This document shows, piece by piece, positions 36,557 to 43,213 of a stretch of DNA of 43,213 nt. The notes under the pieces are model-generated. The model saw only the letters and a program-made list of their open reading frames with translations. It had not been told where the DNA came from and ran no database searches. The translations under genes and the position numbers were made by a program. The DNA is taken from positions 1-43,213 of the forward strand of contig JBGANF010000059.1 of the NCBI GenBank assembly GCA_044222475.1, in the 5' to 3' direction. Positions within the stretch are counted from its first letter, which is position 1, and every line of letters starts with the position of its first letter. This DNA comes from Polyangiaceae bacterium. Its GTDB lineage: Bacteria > Myxococcota_A > Polyangia > Polyangiales > Polyangiaceae.

Positions 36557-37791
36557 ATGGCAAAGCGCGTACCCCGAGCAATCGTCGACCTGCTCGGCGA
36601 TTTCCTTCGACGCAACGCCCGTGCGCACTCGGACGGCGACCTCCAGAAGCGAATGGAGAAGCTCTGCACCGGGCGAGTGGCTACGCCGGAATCCACGAGC
36701 CCTTTCGTCCTCTCCGACGTCGACTCGAGCCACGCCCCCGACGGTGCGATCGTGGCCGCCGATCTCGCTGTTCACGACGTCCGCGAGCGGCTCGTGCAGC
36801 TCGCAGATTACGTCGCCGCGCAAGTACGCGCGGGGGAGCTTCCTCACGTCGATCTGCCCGACCTGCATCGCGCGAACACCGTCTACGACGATCGCGGAAA
36901 CGTCTTTCTCGGGCACGCCGTTCGCCGTCTGGCGTTCGACCGCCACGGCTGCAAGCCCTTCATGCGGTTGCTGCTGGCTCTGGAGACGGCGGCCGACAAC
37001 CTCCGTGACGGGGTCTCCACGACGAAGCGCGGTCTCTTCTACGCTCACCGCGCCAAGCTTCCCGACGATGCGTCGCAGATCGACAGCGATCGCGCGCTGA
37101 CCTCCCTCGCGAACGTGCTTCGCGTGCGGCGCAGGGCGCTCGGCTTCGTCGCGGCGCGCAGGGGCACCGTCCACGGGCGCCTCGTCATTCGTCATGAGGG
37201 AGAGGTCGTCGACTTGGCGCAGGTGAGAGGCTTCTCGCCCCCTGGATCGATGGATGACCTCGAGATCGTCAGCGCGGACGCCGCCATGATCGTCGTCATC
37301 GAGAAGGACTCGGTCGCCAATCGGCTCGCGCAGGATCGGTGGTGGGACGGCAGACGCTGCATCATGGTGTGCGCGCCGGCACGCCCACGAACACGGCGAA
37401 ATAGCCCGCGAGGACCGCGGCGCTCAGCGGAGGCGGCGGTTCCGCCGTGTTCCCGCGCCCGCGCACTTGCAACGCGAGCACGATCTCGACGGGGCTCGAG
37501 ACGCCGTGGCTGGCGTGCAACGGCCTGTCGTGGGTGGGATTCAGGCCCTCCGACATCGCGCGTCTTGGTCGGAAGAGCGATCTGATTCGGCTCTCCGACG
37601 AGGACCGCGAGGCAGCGCGCTCGTTGCTCGCGCTCCCATCCCGTACCTACCTGAACGATCGCGTCCGCGAGGAGCTGTCGATCCTCGTCGACCATGGTCA
37701 CAAGGTCGAGATGGACGCACTGATGCGCGACGCGCGTCTCGTCGAGTACATCGATCGCAAGCTCGCCGATGGTGACGTGATCAAGCTCTGA
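36557..37791 (+). pseudogene. DNA topoisomerase VI subunit A / Spo11-like protein interrupted at ~37376-37476
   Basis: TTKRGLFY (catalytic-Tyr region), Q..SD..L..L...L.V.R..LG..A..RG...G.L, VIEKD (Toprim Glu), then in a new frame W.G.RPSD, L...D......LL, EL......G.K.EMDAL. Confidence 0.78.
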
Positions 37792-37799
37792 GCTCGGTT

Positions 37800-37825
37800 C
37801 GGGGCCCGTTGGTGCGCGGGCCCCG
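37800..37825. terminator. Hairpin CGGGGCCCG-N8-CGGGCCCCG between convergent genes
   Basis: 9-bp perfect stem 6 nt downstream of the four-helix-bundle stop. Confidence 0.55.
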
Positions 37826-37831
37826 TCCCGG

Positions 37832-38146
37832 TCACGCCGCCAGCCGATACAGTGTTCCCGCGATGCGATCCAACGCCGCGAGGACCTGCTCGTCGCGTTC
37901 GACGTAGCCCCAAGCTGCCGCGAGCTCGAGTGCGGCCACCGTTTCCCGCGTGGAGCCAAACGCGGTTCGGAACCGGAGCCTAGAGTTCCCGCTGCGCGGT
38001 CCCGCCCCCTCCGCGATGTTGAGGACGATGCTGGAAGCTGCGCGCCGCAACTGACGCCCGAGGTCCGGGTCGTGTGCTGTCACCGCCTTCACCGCGGGAG
38101 CCAACGACCGAACTGTATCGAGAGCAAACGATTGAATCCTGAGCAT
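37832..38146 (-). CDS. Four-helix-bundle protein (23S rRNA-IVP / bAvd-like family)
   Basis: DLGRQLRRAASSIVLNIAEG.G......RF..A.GS.RE..AAL; GAGGAG RBS at 38153-38158. Confidence 0.9.
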   Translation of the reverse strand: MLRIQSFALDTVRSLAPAVKAVTAHDPDLGRQLRRAASSIVLNIAEGAGPRSGNSRLRFRTAFGSTRETVAALELAAAWGYVERDEQVLAALDRIAGTLYRLAA

Positions 38147-38178
38147 GATGTTCTCCTCGCCCCCGCCACCTGAGCGAA

Positions 38179-38347
38179 GGCACGTTCGCCGCGCCACGGC
38201 GCGGAGGCCGGCTCAAGGCTGGCGCGGTCTGTAGCGCCGCGCTTCGCGGTACCCGAAGGGGTGACACCGCCGAAGGCGGCTCGGCCTTGATGCCGCCGAG
38301 CACCGTGGCACGATCGAACTGCCGAGCGAGGCCCAGTAGGCATCAAG
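38179..38347 (-). ncRNA. Candidate structured leader / single-stranded element upstream of the four-helix-bundle gene
   Basis: Nested long-range stems (38179-38188/38315-38323, 38190-38202/38300-38312, 38213-38219/38284-38290) closing 3-4 short hairpins; stem mismatches are G-U on the minus strand. Confidence 0.6.
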
Positions 38348-38373
38348 TGCCGGAGACCGCCGCGACGTACTCT

Positions 38374-38388
38374 GTCCCAAAGTGGGAC
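38374..38388. other. Conserved mini-hairpin GTCCC-AAAGT-GGGAC (copy C)
   Basis: Same stem and similar loop as copies A and B, 5 nt from the hexamer array. Confidence 0.8.
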
Positions 38389-38393
38389 GCACG

Positions 38394-38489
38394 TTCCGCT
38401 TCCGCTTCCGCTTCCGCTTCCGCTTCCGCTTCCGCTTCCGCTTCCGCTTCCGCTTCCGCTTCCGCTTCCGCTTCCGCTTCCGCTTCCGC
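38394..38489 (-). repeat. Perfect (GCGGAA)n array, 16 units (TTCCGC on + strand)
   Basis: Directly visible; starts 1 nt after the slyD stop. Confidence 0.97.
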
Positions 38490-38490
38490 C

Positions 38491-39066
38491 TCAGTTCGGC
38501 CGCTCTTCGGTCTTCTTCTTCCCCAACGTCACGAGCTGCTCCTCCGGCTCCCCGTGGTTGCAGTCCGGACCATGCACGTGCTGGTGCTCCTCGAACGCGT
38601 TCGCTGCGGCTTCCATCTCGGAGTCGGTCGCCGCGCGGACCTCGCGCACGGCCACCTCGTAGCGCAGCGCGAGCCCGGCCAGCGGATGGTTACCGTCGAC
38701 GACGACGACGTCGTCCTTCACCTCGATGACCCGCAGGTGCGCCTCGTCGCCGTCCTGATCGGTCGCGACGATCTCGTCGCCTTCTTTCACCGAGTCCGAG
38801 TTGGGGATCTCGGTGCGCTCGATCTCCAGCACCAGCTCGTCGTCGTAGGTGCCGTACGCTTCCTCCGGCGGCACGACGAACGCCTTCGCCTCCCCTGCCC
38901 CGAGTCCCACGAGCTGCTTCTCGAGACCCGGCACGAGCATCCCGTAGCCGTGCACGTAGCGGATCGGCTCGCCGCCGTCCGCGCTGCTGTCGTCCAGGAT
39001 CTCCCCGTCCTCCGCCTTCAGCACGTAGTCGAGCAGGACGAACGCGTTTGCTGCGATGCGATCCAT
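38491..39066 (-). CDS. slyD: FKBP-type peptidyl-prolyl isomerase SlyD
   Basis: LDY.L...DGE.LD.S...P..Y.HG.G..VPGLE..L.G, V.PEEAYG.YD, VDGNHPLAG..L.YEV....VR.AT..E; His/Cys tail HQHVHGPDCNH. Confidence 0.92.
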   Translation of the reverse strand: MDRIAANAFVLLDYVLKAEDGEILDDSSADGGEPIRYVHGYGMLVPGLEKQLVGLGAGEAKAFVVPPEEAYGTYDDELVLEIERTEIPNSDSVKEGDEIVATDQDGDEAHLRVIEVKDDVVVVDGNHPLAGLALRYEVAVREVRAATDSEMEAAANAFEEHQHVHGPDCNHGEPEEQLVTLGKKKTEERPN

Positions 39067-39067
39067 G

Positions 39068-41035
39068 TCAGAGCTCCTCCGGCGACACGATCCTCCCCGC
39101 GACGGCGCTCGCGGCGACGACCAGAGGACTTGCAAGATACACCTTTCCCGGACCGCTCCGGCCGGGGAAGTTGCGGTTGATCGCGCTCACGGTGACTTGC
39201 TCCGCCGAGTCGCTCACGCCCGGCCCGGCCTTGATGCACGCGCCGCACGACGGGTCGACCGTCTCGGCGCCGACCTTCGCGAAGATGTCGAGATAGCCCT
39301 TCGACTCGGCGTAGCGCCGGATGTCCTGCGAGCCGAACTGGATGTAGAGGTGCACGCCGGGCGCGACGCGCTTGCCCTGCGCGAGCGCCGCGCCGAGGAC
39401 GCTCGCGTACATGTCCATGTCGGCCTTCTTGCCGCCGGTGCACGAGCCGCCGTAGGCGATGTCGATTTTCACGTCGCCCTTCTCGTGGAGGGCGGTGACC
39501 GAGACGCCGTTCCGCGGGTCGCCGGGCGTCGCCACCATCGGGACGACCTTCGAGAGGTCGATCTCGAACGTGGCCAGATACGTCGCGCCTTCGTCCGCGC
39601 GGACGATGCGGGCGCGCACCTCGTCGGCGTTCAGCCCGCGCTGCTTCACGAGGTAGTCGACGACGACCTCGTCGGCCTCGATGATGCCGGTGAACCCGCC
39701 GGCTTCCACCGCCATGTTCGTCAGCGTCGCGCGCTCGTCGAGGCCCATCTTCGCGACACCGTCGCCGGTGAACTCCATCACCTTGCCGATGCCCTCGCCG
39801 CTCTTGAAGAACGGGAGCGACAGGATGTGGAGCATCACGTCCTTCGCGCAGACGCCCTTCGGCATCTGGTTCTTCAACACGAAGCGCGCCGTCTCGGGGA
39901 CGGAGACGCGCACGTCCTTCGTGAACCACGCGTTCGCCATGTCGGTCGAGCCGACGCCGAACGCGAAGCAACCGAGCGCGCCCGCCATGCAGGTGTGCGA
40001 GTCGGTGCCGATCACGAGCTGGCCCGGCAGCGCGATCTCTTCGATGACCTTGTTGTGGCAAATCGCCTCGGAGCCGACGAGCTTGCCGTCGCGCTCGACC
40101 TCTCCGTAGAGCTTCACGCCGTGGCGCTTCGCGAAGCCGTCCTGCACCGTCGCGAGGCTCGCCGCCTGCTCCTTGAGGCCCATGTCGCGGTGGGCCTTCG
40201 GCATGATCAGATCGAGGAACGTGAGGTGATCGCGGAACGCCCAGATCGACGCCGGATCGGTGAGCTTCGCGTCTTCGCCCATCTCGGCGCGGAAGAGCGC
40301 GTCGGCCATCGGCGTGACGTACTCGTGCGAGAACCGCACGTCGCAGCGGGCGAAGAACGCGTCGCCGGGCTTCACCGCCTTCACCCCGAGCGCGCCGGTC
40401 TTCGCGTCGACGATGGCGTGCGACGCGAGGATCTTCTCGCAGAGGGTCATCGGGCGGGCCGCGGTGGTGATCGGCGGCGGCGTCGTCTTGCCGGCCATGC
40501 GCGCGCGGTTGTAGGCGAAGAGCCCGCCGTGCTCGACGATGGCGGCGCTGATCGGATCGAGGCCCTTCGTGAACTCGCTCATCGGGATCGCTTCGCCCCG
40601 CTCGATGCGCTCGATGAGGCCGAAGTCGGTGCTGGTGAGCAGCCCGATGTTCTGCGAGTTCTGGCGGTAGATCTTCTCGATGCTCTTCGCGATGACGAGC
40701 TTGATGCCCGCCTTGAGCTCGCTGTATGGCGCCGTCTCGCGGCTCGATCCGCAGCCTTTCGAGATGCCGCTCACCGCGACGCCGAAGCCGCCGTTCTTCA
40801 CCGCGTCCTTCGCGACTTTTCCTCCGCGGAGACCGACGAGGCAGTACCGCGCGAGCGTCTCGTCGTAGTAGTAGCAAACCCAACCGGGCGTGAGCTCGTC
40901 GGTGGAGATGCTGCCGAGGAGCGCGCGATTCGGGTCGTAACGCAGCGTCTTTCCGGCAAACTGGGCCTCGAGCTCGGCAGGATCTTCGGTCAGGTACAGG
41001 ACACGCCCTTCGAACGTCACCGAGCTCACGGTCAT
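39068..41035 (-). CDS. Aconitase-family dehydratase: small (swivel) subunit fused N-terminally to large subunit (LeuD-LeuC / homoaconitase-like)
   Basis: ISTDELTP, GCGSSRETA; DH, ICH, GTDSHTC..GA.G, RATLTNM..E.G, GGSCTGG, PSCGACI, NRNFPGRSG...YLASP. Confidence 0.88.
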   Translation of the reverse strand: MTVSSVTFEGRVLYLTEDPAELEAQFAGKTLRYDPNRALLGSISTDELTPGWVCYYYDETLARYCLVGLRGGKVAKDAVKNGGFGVAVSGISKGCGSSRETAPYSELKAGIKLVIAKSIEKIYRQNSQNIGLLTSTDFGLIERIERGEAIPMSEFTKGLDPISAAIVEHGGLFAYNRARMAGKTTPPPITTAARPMTLCEKILASHAIVDAKTGALGVKAVKPGDAFFARCDVRFSHEYVTPMADALFRAEMGEDAKLTDPASIWAFRDHLTFLDLIMPKAHRDMGLKEQAASLATVQDGFAKRHGVKLYGEVERDGKLVGSEAICHNKVIEEIALPGQLVIGTDSHTCMAGALGCFAFGVGSTDMANAWFTKDVRVSVPETARFVLKNQMPKGVCAKDVMLHILSLPFFKSGEGIGKVMEFTGDGVAKMGLDERATLTNMAVEAGGFTGIIEADEVVVDYLVKQRGLNADEVRARIVRADEGATYLATFEIDLSKVVPMVATPGDPRNGVSVTALHEKGDVKIDIAYGGSCTGGKKADMDMYASVLGAALAQGKRVAPGVHLYIQFGSQDIRRYAESKGYLDIFAKVGAETVDPSCGACIKAGPGVSDSAEQVTVSAINRNFPGRSGPGKVYLASPLVVAASAVAGRIVSPEEL

Positions 41036-42047
41036 GGGATTTCCTTACCAGTCAAAGGCCGCGGGGGCTACGTCGCAGGAGGCCGGCGCGAAGCGGATCG
41101 CGGTCGTGACGACGAGCTGGCCGTGGTCGGAGGGCGACCCGTCCGGGCACTTCGTCCGCGCCGAGGTCCGGGAGCTCCGAGACGCCGGCGCCGAGATCGT
41201 CGTGTTCGCGCCCCAAGCCGCCGCTGGCGTCCAGAGCGAGCATAGTTTTTCACCTGGAATCGACGTGGTCCCGGTTCCCGCCCTCGGCGCCTTCGGTTTT
41301 CCGGGGGTCCTCGCGCGGGTCCGCGCCCGACCGTGGCTCGCGCTCGGCGCGGCCGAGTTCGTCCGCGCCGGTCAAGCCGCGCTGCGTCACGCCGGACCGT
41401 ACGACCGCGTCATCACCCACTGGGCGGTCCCGTCGGCTTACCCGATGGTCGTCGGGATCGACCCCATCGAGCTCGCCGCGCCGATCGAGGTGGTGTCGCA
41501 CGGAGGAGACGTGCGGCTCCTCGAAGCGATGCCCGGGCCGCTCCGCACCCACGTCGTCTCGCGCATCGTCGAGCGCGCGGCGACGTGGCGCTTCGTGTCC
41601 GAGACACTCGCCGAGCAGCTCTTGCGATCGATCGCGCACCGTCCGAACCTCGTGCGCGCGGTCCGGGCGAAGATGGTGATCACGCCGTCGCCGTTCGACC
41701 TCCCGGTGGTGAGCACCGACGCCGAGGCGCTGCGCGCGCTTCAGGGCGACTTCGTCGTCAGCGTCGGCCGGCTGATCAGGACGAAACGCGTCGACGCGGC
41801 GATTCGCCTCGCTGCCCACGAGAGACGACGACTCGTCATCGTCGGCGACGGGCCCGAGCGCGTCGCGCTCGAGCGGCTCGCGCGAGAGGTCGGCGCCGAC
41901 GTGACCTTCACCGGCCTCGTACCTCGTCAGCGCGCGCTCGCGTGGATCGCGGCGTCGAGCGAGCTGTGGTTCGCGTCCGAGGCCGAGGGCAGCTCGACGG
42001 TGCTGCGCGAAGCGCGCGCGCTCGGGCGCGCCGTGCGTGAATTGTGA
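41034..42047 (+). CDS. GT4 family glycosyltransferase
   Basis: VVTTSWP...GD.SG.FV, HWAVPS, HGGDV, SVGRLI..KRVD, IVGDGPER, S..EG....L.EA.ALG; start uncertain. Confidence 0.85.
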   Translation: MGFPYQSKAAGATSQEAGAKRIAVVTTSWPWSEGDPSGHFVRAEVRELRDAGAEIVVFAPQAAAGVQSEHSFSPGIDVVPVPALGAFGFPGVLARVRARPWLALGAAEFVRAGQAALRHAGPYDRVITHWAVPSAYPMVVGIDPIELAAPIEVVSHGGDVRLLEAMPGPLRTHVVSRIVERAATWRFVSETLAEQLLRSIAHRPNLVRAVRAKMVITPSPFDLPVVSTDAEALRALQGDFVVSVGRLIRTKRVDAAIRLAAHERRRLVIVGDGPERVALERLAREVGADVTFTGLVPRQRALAWIAASSELWFASEAEGSSTVLREARALGRAVREL

Positions 42048-42065
42048 TGCGCGAGTTGTGATAGG

Positions 42066-43213
42066 ATGAAGCTCATGCGGCGTTGGGCCCTCGCGTGGTT
42101 GCTCGCGCCCTTCATCTTCCCGTGCGTGGCGTGTGGCTCGAACGACGACGCCCCAAAGGACGCCGGCGCCGACGCCGACGCGGGGAAGCCGAAGCCGAAG
42201 GACGCCGGCTTCGAGGCCGCGGCCTACGTTCCACAAGGCGTGCGCTGCGTCCGTGACGACGACGCCGGCGCGCCCACGCCGTGGTCGCCGCCCTCGAACG
42301 ACGGCGGCACCGACGGCGGTGACGACGGCGGCACCGACGGAGGGATCGAGCTCCCGCGCGCCGCGCAACTCGTCGCGCCCGACGGCGTGGTCGCTCCGCT
42401 GCCGGTGTTCATCCCGATCACGTTCGACGGAGACTACGCGCGCAACGAGGTCGAAGACTTCGTCGCGTCGGTGGGGTGCACGCCGTACTGGCGCGCGATC
42501 GCGAACGAGTACGGCATCGCGGACGGCATCACCGGCACGCCGATCCACTTGAGCGAGGCTGCGCCGGTCACGATCTCCGACTCGCAGATCCGGAGCTGGC
42601 TCAACAAGAAGATCTCGACCGACCCGCTGTTCCCGAAGCCGAGCGTCAACACCGTGTACGCGATCTTCTACCCCGACGGCACCGAGGTCACCGCGTTCGG
42701 CGGACGCAGCTGCGCGAACTTCGGCGGCTACCACGGGTCGACGTTCGTGGGCGGAAAGGTCGCCCCGTACGCGGTCATGCCGCGTTGCGGAGGCAGCATC
42801 GACACGCTGACGAACGTGACGGCCCACGAGCTCATCGAGTACGCGACCGACCCCGCGCCGCCGAGCGGGTACACGAGCGTCGGCGATCCCGATCTCGCGT
42901 GGGGCATCTTCGGATCGAGCGAGGTCGCCGACATGTGCCAGTACGGCCCGCAGGCCAGCTTCACGCCCAACGGGTATCCGTTCGTCGTCCAGCGCTCGTG
43001 GTCGAACAAGGCCGCGTGGAACCGCGACGACCCGTGCGTTCCCGCCGTCGCGCCGGTGTACTTCGTGGCTGCTCCCGTCGTGAGCGACACGGTGACGATG
43101 AACTGGTACGGCGTGCCCACGCAGACGCGCGGCGTGAAGCTCGCGGTCGGGCAGACGCGCACGATCGACGTCGTGTTGATGGCGAACGGAAGCACCGCGG
43201 CGTGGACGGTTCA
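42066..43213 (+). CDS. Lipoprotein with HExxE motif (Phi_1/EXORDIUM-like), runs off the window; missing from the ORF track
   Basis: MKLMRRW...CVACG; DAG-rich linker; YW.....EYG, VYAIFYP, C..FGGYH, AHELIEYATDP, EVADMC, VQRSWSN. Confidence 0.78.
   Translation, partial: MKLMRRWALAWLLAPFIFPCVACGSNDDAPKDAGADADAGKPKPKDAGFEAAAYVPQGVRCVRDDDAGAPTPWSPPSNDGGTDGGDDGGTDGGIELPRAAQLVAPDGVVAPLPVFIPITFDGDYARNEVEDFVASVGCTPYWRAIANEYGIADGITGTPIHLSEAAPVTISDSQIRSWLNKKISTDPLFPKPSVNTVYAIFYPDGTEVTAFGGRSCANFGGYHGSTFVGGKVAPYAVMPRCGGSIDTLTNVTAHELIEYATDPAPPSGYTSVGDPDLAWGIFGSSEVADMCQYGPQASFTPNGYPFVVQRSWSNKAAWNRDDPCVPAVAPVYFVAAPVVSDTVTMNWYGVPTQTRGVKLAVGQTRTIDVVLMANGSTAAWTV

Noticed and set aside
38179..38347. tRNA or known riboswitch
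   Set aside because: Cloverleaf-like junction, but no T-loop/D-loop consensus or CCA, and no riboswitch consensus recognised
37832..38490. Diversity-generating retroelement or rRNA intervening sequence
   Set aside because: bAvd/IVP-like fold only; no reverse transcriptase, no TR/VR pair and no rRNA in the window

Overview
Very GC-rich bacterial chromosomal segment. The gene content (TSP3-repeat/OmpA barrel protein, Ser/Thr kinase, many lipoproteins, DUF1844-HtrA-ECF sigma cluster) points to a myxobacterium, probably Polyangiaceae-like (inference). There are about 43 genes or gene fragments: a glycan-modification cluster (frameshifted GT2-CapK/PaaK fusion, methyltransferase, GT-C-like membrane protein, epimerase), xseB, a PHM-type copper monooxygenase divergent from an SdpA/HTTM-like pair, an APC permease, an ECF sigma/anti-sigma/HtrA operon, a citrate synthase pair split by a CrtI-like oxidoreductase, a Cys-nucleophile lipase-like hydrolase with a TetR gene and two clear operators, a disrupted topo VI-A/Spo11-like gene, slyD and a LeuD-LeuC-type aconitase fusion. 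The most notable signal is a recurring intergenic module: a GTCCC-N5-GGGAC hairpin next to a (GCGGAA)n hexamer array, seen three times. Twice it lies upstream of a four-helix-bundle (23S rRNA-IVP/bAvd-like) gene. The intact copy has a ~170-nt strongly paired, possibly switchable leader, and the other copy is truncated exactly at the array. No rRNA, tRNA, CRISPR array or transposase was recognised. All family calls come from motif recognition by eye, not database searches.
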